From positions 6,708 through 70,707 of the forward strand of contig DATCOB010000025.1 in assembly GCA_036564925.1 (NCBI GenBank): a stretch of 64,000 nucleotides of DNA. The letters are read 5' to 3'. Both the position numbers and the translations under genes were made by a program. The DNA is from Candidatus Dormiibacterota bacterium (GTDB lineage: Bacteria > Chloroflexota > Dormibacteria > CF-121). The notes under the pieces were generated by a model. That model did no database searches. It was not told the origin of the DNA and saw nothing but the letters and a program-made list of their open reading frames with translations. This document shows positions 1 through 9,800 of this stretch, one piece after another; the first letter of the stretch is position 1; the number at the start of each line of letters is the position of its first letter.

Positions 1-1
1 C

Positions 2-115
2 AACGATCAGATTGGGCAAAAAATGGCCCAGGCGCAGGCGCACGCAGCGGCCTGGAACCAGAAGACCGTCCAGCCCCTGCTGGTCACGCTCGCCAAAGAG
101 CTCGCCGCCGCCAGC
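2..115 (+). CDS. 3' end of an upstream CDS (partial, unknown product)
   Basis: Open frame running in from the window edge ending ...LVTLAKELAAAS-TGA at 113-115; no start in window; product not recognisable. Confidence 0.3.
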
Positions 116-208
116 TGATCCTCAGCCGAAAAACACTTGTCATTGCCCGCTGCGTGGTAAGTTCCTGCTTGCCGTTTACCGGTTCGCGTCCGTCCTGAGG
201 AGGGAGCT

Positions 209-721
209 ATGAAGAAGCTGCTGGCTTCTGCTGCCGCCAGTGCCATGTTCGCGCTGTTCGCGTTGCCGGTTTTCGCCGATTCGGCATCCGCGCCGCAATG
301 CGGGCCACCCACGCCGGGCCAGACGTACACGTGCACCATGCATGTGAGTGACCTCACCATGGGACCGCTGCCCGTCACCCCCATCACCTGTCCTGACGGC
401 TCCACGGTGCCCGGCGGCTTCCTGACAACCACGGTCCAGAATGGCGTGCTCCATATCACGATCAACAAGGCCGGCGATCTGTGGGACACCGGCACGTTCG
501 AAGGGTCCTTTACGTTCGTGGCGGATACCGGCACCGTCTACACGGGCCACTTTGCGGAGTGGTTTGGCGATTCCATCAACAACAAGAATATGGTGAGCCA
601 TGCGACGCTTAACTTCGTCGGCTCCAGCACCAGCGGGGCCCAGATAAACTTGCACCTCGAGTTTCACGTGAGTGTCAGCGCCAGTGGTCAGGTGGAGATG
701 TTCTTCAAGACCCACTGCTAG
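209..721 (+). CDS. small secreted protein of unknown function (signal peptide)
   Basis: Strong SD GAGGAGGGAGCT 6 nt before ATG; N-terminus MKKLLASAAASAMFALFALPVFA is a classic signal peptide; 170 aa; followed by hairpin terminator. Confidence 0.6.
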   Translation: MKKLLASAAASAMFALFALPVFADSASAPQCGPPTPGQTYTCTMHVSDLTMGPLPVTPITCPDGSTVPGGFLTTTVQNGVLHITINKAGDLWDTGTFEGSFTFVADTGTVYTGHFAEWFGDSINNKNMVSHATLNFVGSSTSGAQINLHLEFHVSVSASGQVEMFFKTHC

Positions 722-736
722 GCTTTTTGCGAAAAA

Positions 737-762
737 GGGGCGGCCGAGAGGCCGCCTTTTTT
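737..762. terminator. bidirectional rho-independent terminator
   Basis: GGGGCGGCC-GAGA-GGCCGCC stem-loop flanked by AAAAA and TTTTTT, between convergent genes ending at 721 (+) and 761 (-). Confidence 0.55.
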
Positions 763-1882
763 ATTGCTTGACTAGCAGGTCTTCGCTGAGCTCGCTCAGG
801 CTGTTGACGCCAAGCAGGCTCATCGACACCGTGATCTCCAGCCGCATCAGGTCGAGGAGTTTCGTGACGCCCGCCTGCCCATCCACCGCCAGCGCCCAGA
901 GGTAGGGGCGGCCGATGAGCACGCTTCGGGCGCCGAGGCAGAGCGCCTTGAGGACGTCCGTTCCGCGCCGGACGCCGCCGTCCACCAACACCGGCACGTC
1001 CCTGGCGACGGCCTGGACAACCTCGGGCAGGGCGTCCAGCGTCGCGATCGAGTAGTCGAGTTGCCGCCCGCCGTGGTTGCTGACGATCACGGCGCGAACT
1101 CCCGACCCGACGGCGTGGCGTGCGTCATCGCCGCGGACCACCCCTTTCGCCATCACCGGCAGCCGGCTGTGGCCCACCAGCCATTCCAGGTCCTTCCACG
1201 AGAGCCAGGAGTCGAGCTGGTCGGTGAAGTATTTGGACAGGGCCGACTGTCCAACCTCTGCGCCCTCGGTCCTGGTCAGGGCGCCGGCAAGATTCTCGTA
1301 GCGCATCCCTTCGGGCAGGCCGAAGCCATTGCGAAAGTCCCGTTCCCGGCGGCCGAGCCGAGGCGTGTCGACCGTTAGCATCACCGCCGCGTAGCCGGCC
1401 GCCGCCGCGCGCTCGATGAGATCGATCGTGATCCCGCGATCGCGGTACATGTAGAGCTGGAACCATTTCGAACCGGCGCAGGCGGCCCCCACCTCCTCGA
1501 TCGACATCGTCGACAGGGTGCTCAGGGCGTAGGCGACGCCGGCGTCGGCGGCCGCCCGGGCCGCCGCGATCTCACCATCCGTGTGCGCCATCTTCTGGGT
1601 CGCCGTGGGCGCAAGCTGGACCGGCATCGTGAAGCGTTCGCCGAGGATCTCGCAGGCGAGATCGGGCTGGGCCACCGACGACAGCACCTTGAACCGGAAC
1701 CGATAGCGTGAGTAGGCGGCGCGGTTGGCCGCCAGGCTGGCCTCGTCCTCGGCGCCGCCGGCGAAGTAGTCGTAGATGCTCCGCGGCAGCAGCTGGCGGG
1801 CCCGCGGTTCATAGTCATCCAGCCGGACGGGTGGCGCGAGGCCCGCCGTTGCGGCCGGCACGTCGGTTGTCATATCCGCCAT
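761..1882 (-). CDS. FMN-dependent alpha-hydroxy-acid dehydrogenase/oxidase (L-lactate oxidase / LldD family)
   Basis: SIYDYFAGGAEDE... N-terminal motif, TIM-barrel FMN family signature ...VSNHGGRQLD, 374 aa from MADMTTD start; longer ORF start (1957) would collide with divergent permease. Confidence 0.85.
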   Translation of the reverse strand: MADMTTDVPAATAGLAPPVRLDDYEPRARQLLPRSIYDYFAGGAEDEASLAANRAAYSRYRFRFKVLSSVAQPDLACEILGERFTMPVQLAPTATQKMAHTDGEIAAARAAADAGVAYALSTLSTMSIEEVGAACAGSKWFQLYMYRDRGITIDLIERAAAAGYAAVMLTVDTPRLGRRERDFRNGFGLPEGMRYENLAGALTRTEGAEVGQSALSKYFTDQLDSWLSWKDLEWLVGHSRLPVMAKGVVRGDDARHAVGSGVRAVIVSNHGGRQLDYSIATLDALPEVVQAVARDVPVLVDGGVRRGTDVLKALCLGARSVLIGRPYLWALAVDGQAGVTKLLDLMRLEITVSMSLLGVNSLSELSEDLLVKQ

Positions 1883-1955
1883 TGTGGCGCGTCGGTTCCG
1901 GTGTGTGTAGGCTAGACGGTGGAGTATCGATTCCGGGAGGAGGGGAGGTCTCAAC

Positions 1956-3869
1956 ATGCTGCATGGGGCGATTGGTTTCCTGGCGTTCCACCATAGCTAC
2001 CAGCCGATCGGCGACAGCATCGTCTTGTCGGCGCTCGTCGCCGGCATTCCGCTTTACGTTCTCTTCGTCATGCTGGCGGTGCTTCGGCTCCCGGCATGGA
2101 TCTCGGCCCTGACGACCATGCTGTCGGCGGCCGTCCTGGCTGCGGTCGGCTGGCATATGCCGGTCGGGCTGACGGTCTCGACTACCACGGAAGGGATGGC
2201 CTTCGGCCTCTGGCCGATCAGCTGGATCGTCCTCAACGCCGTCTTCTTCCACAACCTGACGATTGCCAGTGGCGACTTCGACGTCATCCGACGATCCCTG
2301 ACTCGCCTGACCGAGGATCGCCGGGTGCAGGCGCTGCTGGTCGCCTTTTGCTTCGGGGCGCTGATGGAGGGGATTGCCGGCTTCGGCGCGCCCGTGGCGA
2401 TCTCAGCCGCGATCCTCGCCAGCCTCGGCTTCGAACCGATCACCGCGGCAGTCCTGGCCCTGCTGGCCAACACCGCGCCCGTTGCCTTTGGCTCGATAGG
2501 AATCCCGGTGGTCACACTTGGCTTACTGACTACCGGCATCATCGGCCACGGACCCCAGGACCAGACCCAGGTGACGCTTCTCCTTTCCGCCATGGTGGGG
2601 CGCCAGTTACCGCTTTTCTCCGTGCTCATCCCCGGCTTTCTCATCGTGGTACTGGCCGGCTGGAAGCGAATGGTCGAGGTGCTCCCGGCCGTGCTCACCG
2701 CGGGCGTCACCTTCGCCGTCGTGCAGTTTGCCGTGTCCAACTTCATCGGCCCGGAGTTGACCGACGTCCTGGCGGCCCTGGTTTCGATGGGGGCGGTCGC
2801 CGTCCTCCTTCGTTTCTGGCGTCCCCGCGAAATCTGGGGCTTTGCCGAGGACCGGCCCGGGGCCAGACCGCCGGTGGCCCGCAGCCTGGGGGCCGCCGTC
2901 GCCAAAGTGGTCGACTCGCCCAGCCGGGTCACCCGAGCCTACCTGATGTACGTCATCCTGGTGGCGGTGATCCTGGTCGGCCAGATGGGCAACCTCCCGT
3001 TCTTTTCTGGAAGCCCGGCGGGCAATGTCAAGAACGCCCTGCACACCCCCGCCAACATCACCGCTGACCTGAAGTGCGGCGCGCCCCTCTTCAAGCTGTG
3101 TCCGAAACCCTGGATCGGCCCGACTGTGACGGAGAACGCGCAGGCGTTCAAGTTCCCGTACTGGAGTTTTCAGTGGCCGGGAAGCTATTCCGGCACGGAC
3201 GCCAAGCCGAAACCACAGATCATCCGTGAGCCCCCGATCGTCGGCAAGTCCACTCCTTTTCCATTGACTTTCAACTGGGACTTCCTGGCCGCCGCCGGGT
3301 CGCTCGTCCTCTACGCGGCCATCCTTGCCTTCATCGTCATGGCGATCCGTGGCGCTCCCGTTCGACTCTTCTTAACGACCTATGGGCGAACGCTGCGGCA
3401 GCTGGCCCTGCCCATCTTGACGATCGCGTTCATCCTGGCCATCGCCCAGGTGATGAACTACTCTGGCATGACGTCGACGCTGGCCTTGCTGATGGCGAAG
3501 ACGGGCCCGGTGTTCCCATTCTTCTCGGCCGTCATCGGGATGCTCGGCGTGTTCCTGACCGGCAGTGACACGGCGTCCAACACGTTGTTCGGTCCGATGC
3601 AGGCACTGACCGCCAAGCAGATCGTGATCGGCGGTCACCACCTGAGCCCCGTTTTGACCGCGGGCACCAACTCCTCCGGCGGGGTCATGGGGAAGATGAT
3701 CAGTCCCCAGAATCTCTCGGTCGGGGCGGCTGGCGTCAACCGGGTGGGTTCGGAGGGCGAGATCTTCCGCCGCACGCTCGGCTACAGCCTTATCCTCACG
3801 GCCGCCGTCGGGTTCGTGGCCATCATTCAGGCCTACCTGCTCCCGGGGATGATCCCAACCTTCGGCTGA
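1956..3869 (+). CDS. L-lactate permease (LctP family), long form with ~90 aa insertion
   Basis: GGGAGGAGGGGAGG SD before ATG; LctP-family motifs (MEGIAGFGAPVAISAAILASLGFEP, ANTAPVAFGSIGIPV); 637 aa vs ~550 typical, extra loop around aa 350-440. Confidence 0.88.
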   Translation: MLHGAIGFLAFHHSYQPIGDSIVLSALVAGIPLYVLFVMLAVLRLPAWISALTTMLSAAVLAAVGWHMPVGLTVSTTTEGMAFGLWPISWIVLNAVFFHNLTIASGDFDVIRRSLTRLTEDRRVQALLVAFCFGALMEGIAGFGAPVAISAAILASLGFEPITAAVLALLANTAPVAFGSIGIPVVTLGLLTTGIIGHGPQDQTQVTLLLSAMVGRQLPLFSVLIPGFLIVVLAGWKRMVEVLPAVLTAGVTFAVVQFAVSNFIGPELTDVLAALVSMGAVAVLLRFWRPREIWGFAEDRPGARPPVARSLGAAVAKVVDSPSRVTRAYLMYVILVAVILVGQMGNLPFFSGSPAGNVKNALHTPANITADLKCGAPLFKLCPKPWIGPTVTENAQAFKFPYWSFQWPGSYSGTDAKPKPQIIREPPIVGKSTPFPLTFNWDFLAAAGSLVLYAAILAFIVMAIRGAPVRLFLTTYGRTLRQLALPILTIAFILAIAQVMNYSGMTSTLALLMAKTGPVFPFFSAVIGMLGVFLTGSDTASNTLFGPMQALTAKQIVIGGHHLSPVLTAGTNSSGGVMGKMISPQNLSVGAAGVNRVGSEGEIFRRTLGYSLILTAAVGFVAIIQAYLLPGMIPTFG

Positions 3870-3915
3870 TGACGCGCGACCTGACGGCGGGCAAGGACCG
3901 CGTAGGCTAGGGTCC

Positions 3916-5391
3916 ATGGACGCGGGCGCCCGGGAACGACTCGTGCAACGCCTGCGCGAGGTGGTCGGGCCCCGCTATGCCTTCGACGATCCCTACGAGA
4001 TGCGGCTCTACCAGTACGACGCCAGTCCCGAGACGGCCCTCCCGGATGTCGTCGTCCTGCCCGGGAATGCCGACGAGGTGGCCCGCGTGTTGAAGATCTG
4101 CTCGGACGAGGGCGTGCCGATCGTGGCCCGCGCCGCGGCCAGCAGCCTGGCGGGGGGGACGGTGCCGGTACACGGCGGCGTCGTCGTCACCTTTCCGCGC
4201 ATGGATCGCATCCTGGAGATCGACCCGGACAACCTGCGGGCGGTGCTCGAGCCGGGGGTTGTCAACCTTTCCTTGAGCCAGGCGCTCCGACCGGGCGGCT
4301 ACTACTACGTTCCCGATCCGTCCAGCCAGGGGGCCTGCACCATCGGCGGCAACGTCGCCACCAATGCCGGTGGGCCGCACACGTTGTTGTATGGCGTCAC
4401 CGTCAACCATGTCACCGGTCTCGAGGTGGCGCTCGCCAGTGGCGAACTGGTGCGCGTCGGCGGAGCCAAAGCCGCCGAGAGCACCGGATACGACCTGACC
4501 GGGCTGGTCGTCGGTTCCGAGGGGACGATGGGGATCGTGACCAAGATCTGGGTCAAGCTGACCCCGATCCCACCGCTGCAAAAGACGCTGCTGGCCATTT
4601 ACCCCGACATCGAGAGTGCCAGCAACGGCGTTTCCGCCATCATCCGCAGTGGCATCTTGCCTGCGGCGATGGAGATGCTCGATAAGATCTCGATCCAGGC
4701 GATCGAGGCGGCGTCGCACGCCGGCTACCCACTCGATGCCGGCGCGGTCCTCCTGCTCGAGGTCGATGGGATCGAACCAGTCGTCGAGGACCTGGCCGAG
4801 CGGATGGGGTCCATCTGTCGTGACCACGGTGCGACCGAGGTCCGGGTGGCGCGAACGGAGGCCGAGCGGCAGGCCCTGTGGAAGGGGCGCAAGGGGGCAT
4901 TCTCGGCGATGGGTCGCCTCTCACCCGACTTTTACGTCATGGACGGCGTGGTGCCCCGGACGAAGCTGCCCGAGACGCTCAAGAAGATCGATGCCATCAG
5001 CGAGCGTACCGGGTACACCATCTGCAACGTCTTCCACGCGGGTGATGGGAACCTGCATCCGCTGGTGCTGTTCGACGGCTTCGTCCCAGGCCAGTATGAG
5101 GCGGTTCTCAAGATCGGCGACGAGATCCTGAAACTGTGTGCCGACGCCGGCGGCTCGGTGACCGGGGAGCACGGCATCGGCCTCGAGAAGCGCGAGAACA
5201 TCCGGTACGTCTTCTCCGATGATGACCTGGAAGTGATGGATCGGGTTCGAAGGGTCTTCGATCCACGTGGCCTGATGAATCCGGGCAAGATTTTCCCGGG
5301 CCATGGACTGAAACCCTCGACTCCCCGGTACCCGCCCGGATATCCGCGTCAGCCGGCTGCGAACGGCGGAGGCGATGACCTGTGGGTGTGA
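3916..5391 (+). CDS. glcD: glycolate oxidase / D-lactate dehydrogenase FAD-linked subunit GlcD
   Basis: FAD-binding PCMH domain (GGNVATNAGG), FAD-oxidase C-terminal domain; 491 aa; followed by glcE/glcF. Confidence 0.85.
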   Translation: MDAGARERLVQRLREVVGPRYAFDDPYEMRLYQYDASPETALPDVVVLPGNADEVARVLKICSDEGVPIVARAAASSLAGGTVPVHGGVVVTFPRMDRILEIDPDNLRAVLEPGVVNLSLSQALRPGGYYYVPDPSSQGACTIGGNVATNAGGPHTLLYGVTVNHVTGLEVALASGELVRVGGAKAAESTGYDLTGLVVGSEGTMGIVTKIWVKLTPIPPLQKTLLAIYPDIESASNGVSAIIRSGILPAAMEMLDKISIQAIEAASHAGYPLDAGAVLLLEVDGIEPVVEDLAERMGSICRDHGATEVRVARTEAERQALWKGRKGAFSAMGRLSPDFYVMDGVVPRTKLPETLKKIDAISERTGYTICNVFHAGDGNLHPLVLFDGFVPGQYEAVLKIGDEILKLCADAGGSVTGEHGIGLEKRENIRYVFSDDDLEVMDRVRRVFDPRGLMNPGKIFPGHGLKPSTPRYPPGYPRQPAANGGGDDLWV

Positions 5392-6647
5392 AGGCGCGCG
5401 CGCAACCTCTGCCCGGCCACCAGATCAGCATCGAGCAGCAGCATGGCATGAGCGTTGACGGTCTCCTCCCGACAAAGAGCATGCATCCGAGCGATGCCGA
5501 GGACGCGGCGCGAGAGCTTCGCTTGTGCGAGCTGGCGCGGGCGTCGGTCGTTGTCTGGGGTGGCGGCACCCAGATGCAGTTGGGGTCGGAGCCGCGGGGC
5601 TACGATGTCGCCTTCTCCACGGAACGGATGACGCGACTGCTCGAGTATGAGCCGGCCGACCTCACCTGCCGGGTCGAGGCCGGCATGCGCGTCGCCGATC
5701 TGCAGGCAACGCTCGAGGCCAACGGCCAGCGCCTGCCGCTGGATCCGCCGCATCCGGATCACGCGACGGTCGGCGGGATGGTCGCCGCCAACACCAACGG
5801 GCTCAACCGCGCACGCCACGGGACCGTCCGCGATTGGGTGATCGGGATGGCCGTCGCGTATCCCTCGGGGAAGGTGGCGCGGGCGGGCGGGAAGGTCGTC
5901 AAGAATGTCGCGGGCTACGACCTGATGAAGCTGCATACGGGGGCGCTCGGCACGCTGGGGGTGATCGTCGAGGTCAACTTCAAGGTGCAGACCCGGCCGG
6001 AGGCGGATGTTACCCTGCTGGGACATTTCGAGGACCCGTCGGCCGCGCTGAAGGCGGGCATCGACCTGGCGCACCACTATCTGGCCCCCGCCGCCATGAT
6101 CCTCGTCGACCGCGCCACGCTCTGGAAATGCGGGTTGACGGCCGACTGGCGCTGGACGCTGGCGATGAAGCTCGAAGGGTACGCCCGCGAGATCCAACCC
6201 ACCCAGGAGGCGGCGGCCTCCATCGTGCGCGGCGCGGGCGGCCGCATCGAAGGGCAGGCCCTGCCGGCCACCTTTTGGGATAACGCCCGGGACTGGTCGT
6301 CGTCCACCGAGGACACGGACGTCGTCTTCTCCGGCATGAGCTCGCTGACCGGCCTCCAGACGTTGCTTCCCCTCGCCGCCGCGGCGGGACCGCTGATGGT
6401 CCAGCCTGGGGCCGGCATTTTTCACGTCCGGGTGGCGCCCGATGCCGCCGCGCCGGCACTCGACCGGCTGCGCCGCGCCGCAGGCGATGACGGCCAGGTC
6501 GTGGTGACGAGGGCACCCGTTTCGCTCAAGAAGAGTCTCGACGTCTGGGGACCGACCCCCCCCGGCTTTCCCCTGATGCGGTCGCTCAAGGAGGCGCTGG
6601 ATCCCCATGCCACGCTGAATCCCGGTCGCTTCGTCGGAGGGCTCTAA
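5382..6647 (+). CDS. glcE: glycolate oxidase FAD-binding subunit GlcE
   Basis: FAD_binding_4-like (VVWGGGTQMQLG, NVAGYDLMKLHTGALGTLGVI); GTG start overlapping glcD stop by 10 nt (start uncertain; internal ATG at MSVDG possible). Confidence 0.75.
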   Translation: MGVKARAQPLPGHQISIEQQHGMSVDGLLPTKSMHPSDAEDAARELRLCELARASVVVWGGGTQMQLGSEPRGYDVAFSTERMTRLLEYEPADLTCRVEAGMRVADLQATLEANGQRLPLDPPHPDHATVGGMVAANTNGLNRARHGTVRDWVIGMAVAYPSGKVARAGGKVVKNVAGYDLMKLHTGALGTLGVIVEVNFKVQTRPEADVTLLGHFEDPSAALKAGIDLAHHYLAPAAMILVDRATLWKCGLTADWRWTLAMKLEGYAREIQPTQEAAASIVRGAGGRIEGQALPATFWDNARDWSSSTEDTDVVFSGMSSLTGLQTLLPLAAAAGPLMVQPGAGIFHVRVAPDAAAPALDRLRRAAGDDGQVVVTRAPVSLKKSLDVWGPTPPGFPLMRSLKEALDPHATLNPGRFVGGL

Positions 6648-8005
6648 TGCACCGCGTTCCGGATCTGGACTTCAAGCATGCGGTGGACCAGGGCGGCGCC
6701 GCCGCCCCGGACCGCTCAATGGATATCGACCTCGTGCGTGACTGCATCCACTGCGGGCTCTGCCTGCCAAAGTGCCCGACCTTCCGCGTCTTGCGCCACG
6801 AGGGCGACAGCCCTCGCGGGCGGATGTGGCAGATCAAGGAAGCGACGCTCGGGCTGATCGACTTCGACGACCCCCGGTTCCAGGCGCACATCTATCAATG
6901 CCTCAATTGTCGGGCCTGCGAGACTGCCTGTCCTTCGGGGGTTCAGTTCGGGTCGGTGATGGAGATGGCCCGCGCCAGGACGCCGCCGCAGAATCGGCGT
7001 GATCGAATGGTCCGCGCCCTCCTTCTGAACGGCCTCCTCCCACACCCCTCAAGGCTCCGGCTGGCCGGCCGGATCTATCGGTCGGTTCAGGCGCTGCGGC
7101 TTCCGGCCCTGCTTCGGCGCACCGGTGCCTGGAAGGTCATCCCCCTCGGAAAGTTCGCCGCCTTTCCGCCGTTTGCCGATCGCGCCGCCCGGCGGCCGTC
7201 GTTTCCCGCGGTGACAGCGGCGGATGGCAACGCCAGGGGCCGGGTCGGCCTCCTCACCGGGTGCATCCAGGACGAGATGTTCCACGGGACCAACCGCCGC
7301 ACCGCGCTGGCCCTCGCCATGAACGGGTACGAGGTGGTGACGCCGGTCGAGCGCGTCTGCTGTGGGGCGCTGCCCTCGCACGCCGGCGAGGCTGGGACCG
7401 CGCATCGACTCGCGGCGCACACCCTTGGTGCCTTCGACCGGCTGGACGTCGAGGCCATCGTGGTGAATGCCGCCGGCTGCGGATCGAACATGAAGGAGTA
7501 CGCGCTGCAGCTTCGAGGTGACCCGGCCCGGATGGAGGCGGCTGCGGAATTCTCCCGAAAGGTCCGGGACGCTGCTGAGCTCCTGCTGGCCCATGGCATG
7601 CGGCCTCCCGCGCGCCGGATCGCCGTCCGGGTCGTCTACCAGGATCCGTGCCATCTCCTTCATGGGCAGAAGATCCGCGAGCAACCGCGCCAGGCGCTCA
7701 AGATGATTCCCGGCCTGCAGCTGGTCGAGATGCAAGAGCCGGATTGGTGCTGCGGCTCGGCCGGGATCTACAACCTGACGCAGCCGGCCATCGCGGAGGA
7801 GGCCCTCTCCTGGAAGGTCCGGCACATCGTGGAGTCCGGCGCGCAGGTCGTCGCGTCGGCCAATCCCGGGTGCATTCTGCAGATCTCGATGGGATTGCAG
7901 CGGGCCGGCCACGATATTCCCGTGGTCCACGTGATGGACCTGGTCGGCTGGGCCTACGGGGATGACGGCGCGCCGCCGCCCGTGATCCGGCGAGCCCTGA
8001 GCTGA
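6647..8005 (+). CDS. glcF: glycolate oxidase iron-sulfur subunit GlcF (4Fe-4S + CCG domains)
   Basis: Two ferredoxin-type Cys clusters CIHCGLCLPKCP / CLNCRACETACP and two CCG cysteine-rich domains; ATG overlaps glcE stop. Confidence 0.85.
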   Translation: MHRVPDLDFKHAVDQGGAAAPDRSMDIDLVRDCIHCGLCLPKCPTFRVLRHEGDSPRGRMWQIKEATLGLIDFDDPRFQAHIYQCLNCRACETACPSGVQFGSVMEMARARTPPQNRRDRMVRALLLNGLLPHPSRLRLAGRIYRSVQALRLPALLRRTGAWKVIPLGKFAAFPPFADRAARRPSFPAVTAADGNARGRVGLLTGCIQDEMFHGTNRRTALALAMNGYEVVTPVERVCCGALPSHAGEAGTAHRLAAHTLGAFDRLDVEAIVVNAAGCGSNMKEYALQLRGDPARMEAAAEFSRKVRDAAELLLAHGMRPPARRIAVRVVYQDPCHLLHGQKIREQPRQALKMIPGLQLVEMQEPDWCCGSAGIYNLTQPAIAEEALSWKVRHIVESGAQVVASANPGCILQISMGLQRAGHDIPVVHVMDLVGWAYGDDGAPPPVIRRALS

Positions 8006-8118
8006 CGGCCCTGGCCAAACCGAGCACCTTTGGCGACAGCTGGCTCGACGAACTCTCGGCGGCGATCTGGGCCAAGCCAGAGTTCTCGATGGTGCCGATC
8101 GACTACGAGGTGGTTCCC

Positions 8119-9048
8119 ATGCAGCCCTATACCGGGCGTCGCGGTGCGCCGGCCGGCCTGCGGGTCGTCTTTATGGGCATCCCATCCGACTACGGGACCG
8201 CGTTCTTCCTTCACCTGATCGAAAGGCAGGTCAACGTCGTGGCCGCCGTCTGCAGCACCCGGTGGCAGCGGACGCATCCGAAGGCGGATCTGATCGCGCG
8301 CATCGCCGGTCATATCGGCCGCCCGGTGGAGGTCACCTCGAACGCCAATGCCGAGGCCTTTACGCGATGCCTGCACGCCTACGAGCCAGACGTGGTCGTG
8401 ATGGCGAGCTTCGACCAGATCCTGGCTGCCGAGACGATCGCCGTCCCGTCCAAAGGCTGGTTGAACATTCATCCCTCGTTGCTTCCACGACACCGCGGGC
8501 CCGAGCCCATTTACTGGACGATCGTCAACGGCGACCAGCAGGCGGGGATCACCGTGCACCTGACCGTCCCTCGGATCGACGCGGGTCCTATCCTGGCCCA
8601 ACGGCGGGTGCCGGTTCGCCCCGATGACACTGCCGGCACCCTCTGCAAGCGACTTGTGGCCGAGGGCCTGAAGGCGCTCGACCAAACCCTCGCCGACCTC
8701 GTCAGGGGCCGGGCGCGCCCCGTTATCCCCGCCATCGATGAGGGCAGCTACGAGCCTCCGGTGCGGCACACCGCCCTGGAGTGGGATCAGTCCTACGAGC
8801 AGATCGACCGGCTCGTGCGCGCCGGCGACCCGGACCAGCCGCCGCACTTCGACTTCCAGGGCGAGCGCCGCTTCGTCCTGGCCCTGCGGAAGCTCCGCCA
8901 GCGGGCTGGGGAGCCGCTCGGGGTGCTGGATGCCCTACCCCCGGATCAGATGCTCGCGGTCACCCGCGACGCCGTCGTGGCCGCGCACTGGCGGCGATTC
9001 GGGCACACCCACGCCGTGCCCCCGCTGCGCAAACAGCAATTCCCGTAA
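8119..9048 (+). CDS. methionyl-tRNA formyltransferase-like formyltransferase
   Basis: LRVVFMG...; formyl-transferase core IHPSLLPRHRGPEPIYWTIVNGDQQAGITVH; C-terminal Fmt-like domain; start chosen at MQPYTG (alternative 8089). Confidence 0.65.
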   Translation: MQPYTGRRGAPAGLRVVFMGIPSDYGTAFFLHLIERQVNVVAAVCSTRWQRTHPKADLIARIAGHIGRPVEVTSNANAEAFTRCLHAYEPDVVVMASFDQILAAETIAVPSKGWLNIHPSLLPRHRGPEPIYWTIVNGDQQAGITVHLTVPRIDAGPILAQRRVPVRPDDTAGTLCKRLVAEGLKALDQTLADLVRGRARPVIPAIDEGSYEPPVRHTALEWDQSYEQIDRLVRAGDPDQPPHFDFQGERRFVLALRKLRQRAGEPLGVLDALPPDQMLAVTRDAVVAAHWRRFGHTHAVPPLRKQQFP

Positions 9049-9076
9049 CGCGACCGTTACAGGGGCTGGCCCTATA

Positions 9077-9481
9077 ATGGAAACTGTCATGGCTCAGGAA
9101 ATGATCGAAAACGACACCAGTCTGATCAGCATCACCGACTCCGCGCTCACCCAGCTCCGCGATCTGCTCGGCAAGCAGGAGCGCCCGGAGATGGGCTTGC
9201 GGGTGTTCGTTCAGCCCGGCGGCTGCTCCGGGATGTCCTACGGCATGGGCTTCGAGGATCACGCCGAGGAGGGCGACGCCATCACCGAGTTTGGCGGGGT
9301 TCGTCTCTTCGTCGATTCGGTCAGCGCCCAGTACATCAAGGGCGCCGAGATCGACTTCGTTGACAGCCTGATGGGCGGCGGCTTCACGGTGCACAACCCG
9401 AACGCCGTCTCGAGTTGCTCCTGTGGCAGCTCGTTCGACACCGGCGCGGACGCCGGCACCGCCCGCGGCTGCAGCCACTAG
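9077..9481 (+). CDS. erpA: iron-sulfur cluster insertion protein (ErpA/IscA, HesB family)
   Basis: A-type carrier fold with the three conserved Cys (QPGGCSGMSYG ... SSCSCGSSF); 134 aa. Confidence 0.8.
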   Translation: METVMAQEMIENDTSLISITDSALTQLRDLLGKQERPEMGLRVFVQPGGCSGMSYGMGFEDHAEEGDAITEFGGVRLFVDSVSAQYIKGAEIDFVDSLMGGGFTVHNPNAVSSCSCGSSFDTGADAGTARGCSH

Positions 9482-9630
9482 GCCGGGCAAGTACAGAACC
9501 TGACACGGGCTGCTGCTCGCTCGTGTCGGCCCTCGAGCCGGCGCCTCGCGCGAAATTCCAACGCGCTCGGCCTGCCAAACTCGGGCCTACTCGCTCGCCA
9601 GCCCTACGCTAAAGCTCGCCTGCGGCGCGT

Positions 9631-9666
9631 GTCGGTCCGCGCCAAAACGCGGCCCGACCTTTTTTA
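9631..9666 (+). terminator. rho-independent terminator after erpA
   Basis: GTCGGTCCGCG-CCAAAA-CGCGGCCCGAC stem (one mismatch) followed by TTTTTT. Confidence 0.45.
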
Positions 9667-9800
9667 GCGGAACCGCCTGCGCGTGCTGAGCGCGGCCCTC
9701 GAACGTGAGTCCCATCCGGGGTCATTTTCTACTCTAGCTCGTGCATTGACGGACTTTCGGACCATTGATACGCTGATGCTCCGAAATCGTAAAGGTCAAC

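Noticed and set aside
7-715. Minus-strand ORFs 7..534 and 176..715
   Set aside because: Overlap the plus-strand signal-peptide protein gene, which has a strong SD and a terminator; no recognisable domains.
2054-3067. ORFs 2054..2932 (-) and 2096..3067 (+) inside the lactate permease gene
   Set aside because: Alternative-frame or antisense ORFs within a gene that has clear LctP-family motifs.
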